From positions 64,001 through 128,000 of the forward strand of contig JALSOH010000009.1 in assembly GCA_026986575.1 (NCBI GenBank): DNA of 64,000 bases, given 5' to 3'. A model generated the notes under the pieces. The model was given only the letters and a program-made list of their open reading frames with translations, made no database searches and was not told the DNA's origin. A program made the translations under genes and the position numbers. How positions within the stretch are numbered: the first letter of the stretch is position 1; each line of letters begins with the position of its first letter. Of the stretch, positions 9,477-19,318 are shown piece by piece. Source of the DNA: Thermoproteota archaeon. GTDB taxonomy: Archaea > Korarchaeota > Korarchaeia > Korarchaeales > Korarchaeaceae.

Positions 9477-10731
9477 GTGAGCGTCAGGGAGAGATTAAGG
9501 CTGGTGCTCAGGGAATGGGAGGTCCTAGGCCCTCCCCCCTCCAGCCAAGCCGAGGCGAGTCGATCACTGAGTCCTCAAGCTACCCCACATCGTGGATGTC
9601 GTCGGGGTCAGGAGGGCATGGAAGACGTACCTCCTCTATTACTGGGCTAAGCGACTCATGGACGAGGGAGAGAACGTCATCTACCTGAACTTTGAGGACA
9701 GGAGGCTTCACCCCTTGGACTGGGATTTAATCGAGGAGGTGGAGAGACAGGCCCTACTTAAGGGCAGGACGTATTTGATGCTCGATGAGGTGCAAGAGTT
9801 TCCTGAATGGGGAAGATGGGCTAGGAGCCTGTACGACAGGCGGAGGGAGGTGAAGCTCATCGTGAGATCTACCTCTAGGATCCTCCAGCCCGAGATCTCG
9901 TCCCTGCTGACGGGGAGGCATGTTACCCTCAAGTTGTTCCCACTAAACTTCCTTGAATTCATAACATCCAAGGATATACACCTGAAGGGGTTGCCCGAGG
10001 AAGAGAGCCTGTTAATGAACCTCTTCGACGAGTACTTGCGGTGGGGCGCCTTCCCTGAGGTGACCCTCCTCGAGGAGAAGGGCTTGCTGCTCAGGTCTTA
10101 CTACGAGGACATTCTCTACAGGGATCTAGTGGGCAGGTTCGGAATCAGGGAGGTCCAGACAATGGAAAGCTTCCTCAAGTACCTGCTGACCAAAGTTGGC
10201 AGGCCGTTCAGCATAAGGAGGGCCAAGAACTTCTTGGCTTCCTATGGTATAAGCGCCGGCACTAGGACTATATTTAGATCCACGGGAATGTTGGAGGAAA
10301 TATTCCTTTTCTTCTTCGTTCAAGCGTACGGCAAGGTGAAAGATGCTCTAAGGCATCCCAGAAAGGCCTACACGGTTGACTTGGGGCTGAAGAGGTTAGC
10401 TACCACCAAGGAGGACAGGGGGGCTGAACTCGAAAATCTGATTTTCCTGCACTTCAAGAGGAACGGCGAGGAGATCAGGTACTGGAAGGGAGATAAGGGA
10501 GAGGTAGATTTGCTCATCATGGGAAAGTACACGGTTCAGGTCGCTTGGGAGCTCACTTCGGATAACGAGAGGAGGGAGTTGGCTCCTCTGGTGGAGTGTG
10601 CTAAGAGGGATAGAGTGAAACCTTTACTGGTTACTTACGAACAAGAGGACGTGATAGAGAGGGAGGGCATGAAAATAAGGGTTATTCCAGCCTACAAGCT
10701 GTTATTAGAGAGTAGAGTAATGATTTCTTAA
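9477..10731 (+). pseudogene. AAA_14/DUF4143-type ATP-binding protein, probably degraded
   Basis: YLNFED, LDEVQ, LLTGR, GAFPE, ENLIF and EVDLL motifs are present. Walker A reads GVRRAWKT (the Gly before Lys is lost), and an upstream N-terminal fragment from GTG 9477 lies in another frame. Confidence 0.7.
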
Positions 10732-10943
10732 AAGGAGCGTAGCAGCTTAGACACATATCACAAAAATCTCACTAAAGATCTAACGAACCTAGGGACGGTC
10801 ATTAGGTGGATCCATGGCATAAAGGTGAGCTACCTCCTCAACTCGGTAAAGATGACTCATCGGCTTCTTACCGAGGGTTCTAGTGGGATTTCCCCTCCAC
10901 CGGGAAATACATTATCGTAATCACAATCATGAAGAGCGACCGA

Positions 10944-11339
10944 TCACCTTATGGGCCTTACTCCTTCGGCCCACGCTACTTTCGCTTGGTCTGAATCTAA
11001 GGTCAGAAGAGGTGAAGCTTCCTCGATGGACAGGGCGACGTATATGGAGTCGTAGACCGTTATCCTATGTTTTAGTGCGATCTCGAAGGCTTTATCCAAA
11101 TACCGGGCCTGAGGCTTCAAAATCACGTTGTGCTCGATGAATTCCCTCAACAGAGAGAACGCCTCCTTAGCATTCTCCTCAGAGATCCTACCCGAAAGAG
11201 AAGCAGCCCAGATGGCATTGGCTGTCTCCTTCTGGAGCAGATCGACCGACAGGAACAGGTCCGAGACATCGAGTAGGCTCTCCCATCCCTCCTCCTTCAG
11301 GATTATGGCAGTCAGGGCCGATGCGTCAATGACTATCAC
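10944..11339 (-). CDS. vapC: PIN-domain toxin (VapC)
   Basis: MIVIDASAL...ETANA...ITVYDSIY...LLTLD. Confidence 0.92.
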   Translation of the reverse strand: MIVIDASALTAIILKEEGWESLLDVSDLFLSVDLLQKETANAIWAASLSGRISEENAKEAFSLLREFIEHNVILKPQARYLDKAFEIALKHRITVYDSIYVALSIEEASPLLTLDSDQAKVAWAEGVRPIR

Positions 11340-11559
11340 GGTCCTCCCTCACTAGCTTAGCGGAAGACCCCTTCTGGAGGGACCAAGGGGCTTTTCTCAA
11401 CTTTTCCCTTATTCTTTCCTTGCTCTCTTTAGCCTCCATCTCCCTTATCTTCAGTTCAACGAACTTCCTCAGCTCCTCAGACCAATTCACCCTTTCCTTA
11501 AACGCCTCCATCTTTCTCTTCAAATCCCTTTTTACCTTGAATGACACTACCTCGGACAC
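11326..11559 (-). CDS. RHH antitoxin (VapB-like)
   Basis: VVSFKV...VNWSEELRKFV...LVREDRD; overlaps the PIN gene. Confidence 0.85.
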   Translation of the reverse strand: MSEVVSFKVKRDLKRKMEAFKERVNWSEELRKFVELKIREMEAKESKERIREKLRKAPWSLQKGSSAKLVREDRDSH

Positions 11560-11828
11560 ATGCGTTATACCCTAGCGTTATATTTAGGGTTTACTATTAG
11601 TATTACACAGCTAAGGCCTTGGTGAAGCCGAGAACATCACTCGCCGTCGATGTCCGTAGAGGATTCTCCCATTCTCGAGCAACTTCCTTTCCCTGATGAA
11701 CCATACGAATATAGAGAAGAGCAACATTATCCATCTATTTTTGGCGCGCGATCTATTTTTCTCACATCAAGAATACGGGCAAGGGAGTCGTTCACGCTCA
11801 TACACGGGGGGCTCAGTTCAGTTAATTC

Positions 11829-12170
11829 TCACATCACCTCTATCCTCTTCTTAACGAATTTGAGGTACCAATCCTCCTCCTCAGGCCTCAACAGGTGTAT
11901 CTCGACGGGAGCGTCCACACCTACTGCCTCTAATATCTTTGCCACAAGCTTAGATCTCTCTCCGACCGATTTGGGGACTCTACGCGATACCACCATGATG
12001 TCCACATCGCTAGACGGCGTGTCCATGCCTTCAGCAACCGAGCCGAACAGGTAGACTCTAACTTCCCCAAATATCTCCTCTGCAATCTCCTTGACGACCT
12101 TAGCTATCCTGACAGGATCTCTCCTGTACCTCTCCTCCTCCCTCACGAGGTCTATCAGGTGCTCAAACAT
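11829..12170 (-). CDS. Minimal nucleotidyltransferase (MNT)
   Basis: YLFGSVAEG...SDVDIMVV. Confidence 0.9.
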   Translation of the reverse strand: MFEHLIDLVREEERYRRDPVRIAKVVKEIAEEIFGEVRVYLFGSVAEGMDTPSSDVDIMVVSRRVPKSVGERSKLVAKILEAVGVDAPVEIHLLRPEEEDWYLKFVKKRIEVM

Positions 12171-12549
12171 ACCTCCTCACCAGCTCGAATATGGAGAGAG
12201 CGACCTCCATCATACTCACCACTTCTTCCTCGTAAAACTCGGCTGGTAGATATCTGGAGGTCATGTAAGCGTTTTCCAAGTTCGACAAGCTGTTTATATT
12301 CTCTCTCAGGAATTCCATTATCTCCTCATCGCCTAAGGACTTGGAGAGGAGCTTGAGCAGCCTCCTTATCGAGTGAGTCCTCGGGTAGTCACCGGTCCTC
12401 CGGAAGAGTGCATACTTGAGGATCAGCTCGGAGGCTTGGTGGAAGTGGAAAGCTGCTAGGTCAAGAACTCCCTCTTCTAAGAGCCTCTTGCCTACCTCGA
12501 GGAACTTTTCAGCCCTCTCCCTTAGGAACTCCCCCTCCTCTCTCCTCAT
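12163..12549 (-). CDS. HEPN-domain protein
   Basis: AAFHFHQASELILK...THSI...LENAYMTSRY; overlaps the MNT gene. Confidence 0.9.
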   Translation of the reverse strand: MRREEGEFLRERAEKFLEVGKRLLEEGVLDLAAFHFHQASELILKYALFRRTGDYPRTHSIRRLLKLLSKSLGDEEIMEFLRENINSLSNLENAYMTSRYLPAEFYEEEVVSMMEVALSIFELVRRYV

Positions 12550-12736
12550 TCAATGTACCTGAGATGTCTTCCTAAATATCCTTTCCTACTGAGAATGTCA
12601 CGAACATGCTTTCAGGGATGAGACTTGCGGAGGCGGGAGCGACCTTCCCTCTAGGTCCATGAGAATACGCTCCGGAAATCAAGGACTATTACCCCCGAGG
12701 ATTCGGCTAGTTCAACCGCACCAGACCCGCCACAGG

Positions 12737-13627
12737 TCATGATGCTCCTAGATGAGCCCTCAGGAAGGTGAGCACCTTCTTCCCGTACTCATCGGGCTCC
12801 GCCTCCATCACCCTAACGTGAGCCCCCTCACCGATCCACAGCTCCACGTGGGGATTGACCCTTCTATTCAGGGCGACGAATTCCTCCGCCTCCTCTACCT
12901 TGACCAGGGGATCCTGCCTTCCCACGATTATGAGGAGGGGCCTCACCACCCTCCCAGCGTATCCCATGACGTTGACATTCTCCACTCCTGTCAGCGTCTT
13001 GGCGAAGACCCTGACGAGGGGATAGAGGAAGGAGGGCAGATTAGCGAAGTACTTCAGCCCCCTAGCTGCGCTCCTGTCCGCGTAAAATGGAGGACTGTCA
13101 GCCACCCCCACATCGGCCATATCATCAGCTAACGCCCCTATGGTCACGATCCCTCCCATGGAGTAGCCGATCAGCGCAACTTTCACATTCTCTCCCCTTC
13201 TGGAGCGGATCCATTCTAGGGCTGCCTTGAGATCGAGCAGTTCCATGTTGCCGAATGTGGTGTATCTCCCACCGCTCCTCCCGTGGGCCCTGAAGTCGAA
13301 GGTCAATATGTTGTAATCCTCATCAGCCAAGTACTCCATCATCCTCCTTATGTAAAAAGCCCACCTGCTCACCGTGTAACCGTGGAGGAGCACCACCGTC
13401 TTATCGCTCCCCCTGTCTATCCACCACCCCTCAAGCCTGAGGCCGTTATCTGTGGTCAAAGTTACCTCCTCGTAATCGAGGTCCAGGTCGGAGGGAGTCC
13501 ACTCTCCAACGTACCTGGGAGGCCTCACCAGCCTATAGCTCACGTAAAAAACGAAGAGGAGGAAAGCGCCTAGGGCAGCGAGGATGGCTACTAGGTAGAT
13601 CATCTCTCCAGCCTCCTCATACTCCAT
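12737..13627 (-). CDS. Membrane-anchored alpha/beta hydrolase (esterase/lysophospholipase-like)
   Basis: N-terminal TM, LLHGY, DFRAHGRS, GYSMG nucleophile elbow, D and H of the catalytic triad. Confidence 0.9.
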   Translation of the reverse strand: MEYEEAGEMIYLVAILAALGAFLLFVFYVSYRLVRPPRYVGEWTPSDLDLDYEEVTLTTDNGLRLEGWWIDRGSDKTVVLLHGYTVSRWAFYIRRMMEYLADEDYNILTFDFRAHGRSGGRYTTFGNMELLDLKAALEWIRSRRGENVKVALIGYSMGGIVTIGALADDMADVGVADSPPFYADRSAARGLKYFANLPSFLYPLVRVFAKTLTGVENVNVMGYAGRVVRPLLIIVGRQDPLVKVEEAEEFVALNRRVNPHVELWIGEGAHVRVMEAEPDEYGKKVLTFLRAHLGAS

Positions 13628-14907
13628 ATCAGTGGTATAGAAGCCAAGACCAGTATTGCCCCTATCGGGAAGAGGATCCTGTAGTTCCCTCCAGCTAGGT
13701 CGACGATCGCTCCTCCTATCACGCCAGCGAGGAGTATTGGTAGAGACCTAGTAGCCTCGAAGAACCCGTAATAGCGGCCGGTCAGCTCCTCCCTCTCATA
13801 GCTGGTCAGCAGATCCCCTATGACCGGGAAGGAGGAGGCCATGAGCATCCCCCAGCCTATCCCGGCTACGGCCAGCGCTGCCGCTACCTCCATCTTAGTG
13901 CTTATGGTCCAGGCCCACAGCTGGGGTAGGGCGAACACCACGCTCCCCGCAACGATGCTTATCCTCCTCCCGATCCTGTCGTAGATGATCCCTCCGGGAA
14001 TGGAACCGACTAGGACCGTGATGTTGAACAGTGCCATGAGGAGGAGTCCCAGCGAGGTGACAGCCTTCACATCCAGCTCACTGGCAGCTCCTCTGAGGAT
14101 GTAAGCCAGTATGCCGAAGAGAAAGATGGCTACGAACTCGAAGCTCAGCCACCACATGACCTGGGCCGTGTAGAACCTGAGGAAGTCCCGGTTGGAGAAT
14201 ATGCTCCTCACGTACTCCCAGATACCCTCCTCCCTATCTGCATGGATTTCAGGCTCCTTCACCACGAAGTAGACCACGAGAGCGCTCACCAGCAGGAAAG
14301 CTGCCGTTATGAGGAAGGGGATCTGCAAGTAGGGCGTGCTCGCGAGGGCCTTGATTCCCGATCCGCCGGTCGACTCGACGGCCATGGCCATGAGCACCCC
14401 GGCGAGTCCGAAGAGGAAGAGGTTACCCGCCCACTCGAAGAGGGTGATGATGCCGCTGGCTTTTCCTCTCTGACCGCTCTCCACGGTGTCGGGCATCAAG
14501 GCCCTGTATTGAGCGGTGTACACGTGCAGGGAAAGGTACAGGAAGGCGAGCGTGAGCGAAAAGCCCAGCAAACCCACACCGGAAAAGTAAGCGAGATAAA
14601 TGGAGATGGATGCTAGGGCGGCTAGGATCCCCCCAACCGCGACGAACGGCTTCCTTCGACCGTGCTTCGACCTCATGATATCGCTGTAATAGCCGAGGAT
14701 GGGAGGGATGACCATCCCTATCAGCCCCTCTAAGGCTAGGACGCTCCCCTTAATGAAGGCGGATTCCGTGTAACTGGATAGAAGGGGGAAGGATAAGCCC
14801 TTGTTAAGTGCCCATCCAGTGCTCCTAGCGAATCCGAGGAAGGCCAGGCTCAGGACAGTGATCCACTTGAACCTCGTCCTCATCGCGTCATGCAACAGCC
14901 AAATCAA
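13600..14907 (-). CDS. MFS transporter (start may be ATG 14883)
   Basis: About 12 TMs, GYYSDIMRSKHGRRKPF, YDRIGRR. Confidence 0.88.
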   Translation of the reverse strand: MIWLLHDAMRTRFKWITVLSLAFLGFARSTGWALNKGLSFPLLSSYTESAFIKGSVLALEGLIGMVIPPILGYYSDIMRSKHGRRKPFVAVGGILAALASISIYLAYFSGVGLLGFSLTLAFLYLSLHVYTAQYRALMPDTVESGQRGKASGIITLFEWAGNLFLFGLAGVLMAMAVESTGGSGIKALASTPYLQIPFLITAAFLLVSALVVYFVVKEPEIHADREEGIWEYVRSIFSNRDFLRFYTAQVMWWLSFEFVAIFLFGILAYILRGAASELDVKAVTSLGLLLMALFNITVLVGSIPGGIIYDRIGRRISIVAGSVVFALPQLWAWTISTKMEVAAALAVAGIGWGMLMASSFPVIGDLLTSYEREELTGRYYGFFEATRSLPILLAGVIGGAIVDLAGGNYRILFPIGAILVLASIPLIWSMRRLER

Positions 14908-15022
14908 TTAAAACTGAAGTTCTAAACACAATCAGTTCTAAGGGATCGCGCGGAGGAGGTGATCCCCTACCAACACCACCTCTAACGGTTAAACTATTTA
15001 GTGCCTCCTTCTATACAATACG

Positions 15023-15736
15023 ATGATCGCACTGAAACTCGATGAGGTGCTTCGCCGGCTCAGGGAGGAGTTATCCAGCATTCCGGGGGCTAGGCTAATC
15101 TTGATATTCGGCTCCGTGGCTAGGGGGAGCTACAGACCTGACAGTGATGTTGACGTGATGTTAGTGGCCGAAAATGTAAGTGAAGCTAGGACGATGGCTA
15201 GGGAAATTTCCTCAAATATCTTCGCCGATACGGGAGTTCCGGTAACGGTGATAGTCGTATCACCAGAGGATTATTCGAAGAGGGAGCATCTCCCTGATAA
15301 GAAGGGCGAGAGAGGAGGGGTTCCTACTTTGGAAGGCCGAGGAGAGTCTATAGCTCTGATGAAAAAGGCTGAATCTAAATCGAGGTCAGCTAAATTACTT
15401 CTCATTGAGGGGGAGCTGGAAGATGCAGTAAGCAGGGCCTACTACGCTGCCTACAATGCGGCTAGGGCAATCTTACTCCTTCTCGGGGAGGAAGCATCCA
15501 CCCACAGAGGGGTAGCTTTCAAACTCTGGACCAGACCCGTGGAACTTGGTCTCCTTGATAGGAAGTACGCCAGAATACTCAGCAAGCTGAGGGAGGCCTG
15601 AGAAGAGGGGGATTGCACACTTGTTTTCGCTCTCTCTACCGAGGAGGTTCAGGTTCTGGTGAAGGACGCCGCGAGGCTCGTCGCGAGGATGAAGGAGTTA
15701 ATGGATGAGATGGAAAAAGGTATGGAAAAAAGGTAA
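15023..15736 (+). pseudogene. Broken MNT-HEPN pair
   Basis: MNT (FGSVARG..SDVDV) is fused to HEPN (AVSRAYYAAY..THRG) by a frameshift near 15285; the native MNT tail LIRRAREEGFLLW is in another frame. In-frame TGA at 15599; the HEPN frame continues to TAA 15736. Confidence 0.8.
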
Positions 15737-15804
15737 TTGCCCCCGGCGCCTAATCCCATTCTACGATTCACCTGATATAACTCCCTTGTCCCCTTTGTAG
15801 CTCA

Positions 15805-16092
15805 TCAACGGTTGTTATTCGTGCCACGCTCCCTCGGCTTGTAGACAACACAGGCATCGTATCCTCCTTCCTTGCCCAGATGCTCGAAGCCCAGCCCCAT
15901 CTTCCTGACCAGCGCCTCAACCGCTCTGTAGGGGAACCTGCTGTCCGTCAATACTTTGATACCCTCGCCCTCTCGGAGTTCCCTCAGGAACCTCAACAGC
16001 TTTGCTACCGGCGACTCCATGCATCCTCTCCGTCTGGGGTGCATCTCGAGCTCTGCCACTAAGGTGTACTCACTCCCCTCCAATCCTACCAC
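15805..16092 (-). CDS. TusA/SirA-like sulfur carrier
   Basis: RGCMESPVAKL...LREGEGIKVLTD fits the TusA fold (CPxP-like motif degenerate); operonic with iscU/iscS. Confidence 0.6.
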   Translation of the reverse strand: MVGLEGSEYTLVAELEMHPRRRGCMESPVAKLLRFLRELREGEGIKVLTDSRFPYRAVEALVRKMGLGFEHLGKEGGYDACVVYKPRERGTNNNR

Positions 16093-16576
16093 CGTAAAAC
16101 CTATCTATCATCTCTTCCTCCTCTAGCGCCTGTTTCTCGACCGCTGTGAGGTCCTCAGGGAGCCATTCAGGTCTACTTCCCTCATAGTAGTGGCGGATCG
16201 CTCTCCTCAGGCCACCGACCGCTAGGATGCTGCAATGCCTCTTTACTGGAGGCAGACCGCCCAACCTCTCCGCGACATCCTCCCAGCCTATTTCCCATGC
16301 ATCTCTTAGGCTCCTCCCCTTGACCATCTCGGTCAGTATGCTCGCAGCCGCAATGTTCGCCGCGCAACCGTAACTCTCGAATTTAGCCTCCTCTATCACG
16401 TCCTCATCTCCCTCCCTAGCTATACGCAGGTATATGCTGATCACGTCACCGCAAGCCGGACTGCCAGCTTGGGCTGAGGCGTCAGGATTCTCCATCTTCC
16501 CCATGTTCTTGGGATTCCTGAAGAGCTCAAGAACCGTGGGGGTGTACGGGAGGGGCACTCTGGTACTCATATGCAC
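16070..16576 (-). CDS. iscU: Fe-S cluster scaffold, IscU/NifU-N type
   Basis: FRNPKNMG, GSPACGD, YGCAANIA, LPPVKRHCS. Confidence 0.93.
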   Translation of the reverse strand: MHMSTRVPLPYTPTVLELFRNPKNMGKMENPDASAQAGSPACGDVISIYLRIAREGDEDVIEEAKFESYGCAANIAAASILTEMVKGRSLRDAWEIGWEDVAERLGGLPPVKRHCSILAVGGLRRAIRHYYEGSRPEWLPEDLTAVEKQALEEEEMIDRFYGGRIGGE

Positions 16577-16607
16577 ACCTTCTCATATAACCATAGTCAT
16601 GGACATA

Positions 16608-17816
16608 TTAACCTTTCCCCAACGGGCTTATCTCCCTCAACCTGCCGACGGACTCTATCACCTGATCCACGACGTAATCGACATCTCCCTCACTGTGATA
16701 CCTCGTGAGCTTGAAAAGCAGACTTCCATGGGCTGCCTCGTAATCCTTGCCGATCGCAAGCATCACGTGACTGGGTTCCAGCACCCTAGAGGTGCAGGCG
16801 CTTCCACTAGAGACGTAAACACCCCTAAGACTGAGCTCGACGGTCAGGGCTTCTCCTTCAACATGTAGGAAGCTTATGTTGACGTTGTCTGGCGCTCTCA
16901 TCTCACCAGACGGCCCGTTGAGCTGGGTGTCAGGTACCCCATCTAAGATTCCATTAATGAGCCTGTCTCTGAGCGAAGACACCCTCGATAACCCGTCCTG
17001 AAAGGCTAGCTCTACTGCCTTCCTGAACCCTGCCAATGCCGGGACGTTCTCCACCCCCGGCCAGAGGGACTGGGAGCTCAACGCTCCCTTCAAGATGGGC
17101 TCAACCCTAACCCCCTCTGATACCCAGAGAACTCCAACACCCTTGGGTCCGAGGATCTTGTGGGAGCTGAGGGTCATCAGATCCACTCCAATCTCCTCCG
17201 CTTTCAGGGGGACCTTCCCGTAGGCATCGCAGGCATCTGTATGGAAGATGACATCAGGATTCCTGTCCTTCACGACCTCGACTATCTCCTTCAACCTCTG
17301 TACAGTACCTATCTCGTGATTCACGGCCTGAACACTCACCAAAACCGTCTCACTATCGACAAGTTCCCTGATGACGTCGATGTCAACGAACCCCTCCTCA
17401 TCCACGGGTGCCCTCACGACCCTGAACCCCGCATCTTCCAAGGATAGAGCTGGAAGCAGTACGCTGTAATGCTCTATATCCGAGACAATGATCTTCCCCT
17501 TCCTCTTAAGGGCCATCATGGATCCGAGGATCGCCAAGTTATTGGCCTCCGTGCCACTGTGGACGAAGTGGATCTGGGAAGGATCGACGCTGAGGGTAGC
17601 AGCCACCGTCTCTGCCGTCGACTCGACGACCTCTAGGGCTTCCCAGCCCGGCTTATTAGTTATTGAAGGATGTCCGTACCCCCTCTCATTGAAGTAGGGT
17701 AGCATGGCCTCAACCACTTCGGGCGGGACCCATCCCGAGTTCTCGTGATCGAGATAGACCTCCTTGGGTGGCGTCCCGTGGGCCTTCAGGAGGGCCGAAA
17801 CACTCGGCATGAACAT
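16608..17816 (-). CDS. iscS: Cysteine desulfurase (IscS/NifS group I)
   Basis: SGTEANN, NHEIGT, HTDA, SSHKILGPKG, SSGSACTS. Confidence 0.95.
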   Translation of the reverse strand: MFMPSVSALLKAHGTPPKEVYLDHENSGWVPPEVVEAMLPYFNERGYGHPSITNKPGWEALEVVESTAETVAATLSVDPSQIHFVHSGTEANNLAILGSMMALKRKGKIIVSDIEHYSVLLPALSLEDAGFRVVRAPVDEEGFVDIDVIRELVDSETVLVSVQAVNHEIGTVQRLKEIVEVVKDRNPDVIFHTDACDAYGKVPLKAEEIGVDLMTLSSHKILGPKGVGVLWVSEGVRVEPILKGALSSQSLWPGVENVPALAGFRKAVELAFQDGLSRVSSLRDRLINGILDGVPDTQLNGPSGEMRAPDNVNISFLHVEGEALTVELSLRGVYVSSGSACTSRVLEPSHVMLAIGKDYEAAHGSLLFKLTRYHSEGDVDYVVDQVIESVGRLREISPLGKG

Positions 17817-17921
17817 ACTAGAGGATGTTAGAATAAAAACTTTGAGATATTCTCGGAAAGAAGATTAATAAATAAAATTAACAATAGTTTTAAATTTAAT
17901 GAAAATTCATAAAGGGAGAGG

Positions 17922-18290
17922 TCAATGTCGGTGCCACTTTTCCCTCGGTTCGTAAGGTAGTGATTCCAGTTCCCCAGAGAGGTAGGCCTCGAGGACGTCT
18001 CTCACCTTCCCCTGAGCTCCCGTGATGACTTCTATCCCCAACTGCTGAAAGAACAGGCGAGCCCTACCGCCCATCCCCCTGCATATCAGTACGTCCACGT
18101 CCAATTTAGCAAGAAAGGAGGGAACTACGCCAGGTCCATGCTCTGCGGAATGGGGGTTCTCTACTGTTTCGTAGGATCTTACAGTTCCATCTTCAACCTC
18201 CACCAGCAGGAAGGCAGGAGCATGCCCAAAATGTTCGAAAATCTCCTCATCCAGCCCTTTGTGATCGTAGACAGGGAAGGCGACTCTCAT
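17922..18290 (-). CDS. NifB/NifX family (FeMo-cofactor-binding domain) protein
   Basis: HFGHAPAF...ENP...DVLICRGMG motifs. Confidence 0.88.
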   Translation of the reverse strand: MRVAFPVYDHKGLDEEIFEHFGHAPAFLLVEVEDGTVRSYETVENPHSAEHGPGVVPSFLAKLDVDVLICRGMGGRARLFFQQLGIEVITGAQGKVRDVLEAYLSGELESLPYEPREKWHRH

Positions 18291-18349
18291 TTTCCCTCCC
18301 GGAGGATCACTAAGATCAGAAAATATAAGAGATAGGGTGCGGTCGCTGG

Positions 18350-19102
18350 TCAGCCCTTCCTCCCATATCCCGGCCCTCTACCCATTCCTGTCTCCATCTC
18401 GCCGCCGACTATGGACTCGTATTCCTCCAAGCTGAGGATCTGCGGCTGATATGTCACTCCGTACTGTCTCAATATGGAAGTGAAGGCTCTCAGGTGGTTC
18501 CTACTCCCGCTCATCAGGTTCTCGTAGACCTGAGTTATGTCGGTGTTGTCCACCTTGCTCAACCACTCCTTCAGGTCCTCGATGTCAACCTCCTCTATAA
18601 GAGCACCAACCTTCAGAGCCTCCTCGGGGGACTGGCTTCCTTTCTGGATCAGTTCATTGTATAGCGACTGTAGGTCTGGATTCGTGAAGACTCCCCTGTC
18701 CTTAGCTGGATCCTCCAGCCCATACCTGTCAATGAGGGCCTTTACCATGCCTATATGCTGCTGCTCGCTCCTTGCTATGTTCTGGAATATCTGGAGTCCC
18801 CACTTCTCGTACAGGTATAGGTATACATCCCTGGCTAGCTTCTCCTTCTCTCTCATGTAAAGGATGCTCTTCTCCTCGTCCCCACTGAGTTCTCCAAGGG
18901 GAATATTGGACAGCGGCTGCTTACCGACCTCAGATGGCCCCTCTCCTCCCCTATACCCGTAACCCCTCCCAGCGTCAGTGGTGAGGGGCTGCCCTATAGT
19001 GGGTGTGCCCGTTGGGTTGTAAGCGGTATTCAGAATAGTATATCCGGCCAGTCCCAACACTATAATGGCTAGGACTCCTGAGACTATTTTGACAGAGGAC
19101 AT
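18350..19102 (-). CDS. DUF2202 ferritin-like protein with an N-terminal membrane anchor
   Basis: YMREKEKLARDVY, SEQQH, IEEVDIEDL, GSRNHLRAF; G/R/Y-rich linkers. Confidence 0.88.
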   Translation of the reverse strand: MSSVKIVSGVLAIIVLGLAGYTILNTAYNPTGTPTIGQPLTTDAGRGYGYRGGEGPSEVGKQPLSNIPLGELSGDEEKSILYMREKEKLARDVYLYLYEKWGLQIFQNIARSEQQHIGMVKALIDRYGLEDPAKDRGVFTNPDLQSLYNELIQKGSQSPEEALKVGALIEEVDIEDLKEWLSKVDNTDITQVYENLMSGSRNHLRAFTSILRQYGVTYQPQILSLEEYESIVGGEMETGMGRGPGYGRKG

Positions 19103-19318
19103 GCGCTCACCGAGGCCAAGTCCAATATGAGTTTATAAGAGATACAGACAAATTGTCCATGAGTAAATTAAAAATATTGTGAGAAGAGATTTCTACACAG
19201 TAACATTAGGGTTGACCCCTAAAAATACAGCTTATTAACCAATGAAACTATCGTCAGCTGACCCATCAATAACTGGGTTACCCCTCAGTTTATTAACAGT
19301 CCAGCTAGATGGGACATC

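Noticed and set aside
11650-12054. 134-aa plus-strand ORF
   Set aside because: Largely antisense to the MNT gene; no motifs.
15599-15601. TGA read-through as selenocysteine
   Set aside because: The position corresponds to the conserved HEPN Arg and other lesions are present; a nonsense mutation is simpler.
17922-18290. Nitrogen fixation
   Set aside because: NifB/NifX-family stand-alone proteins are common in non-diazotrophic archaea; no nifHDK.
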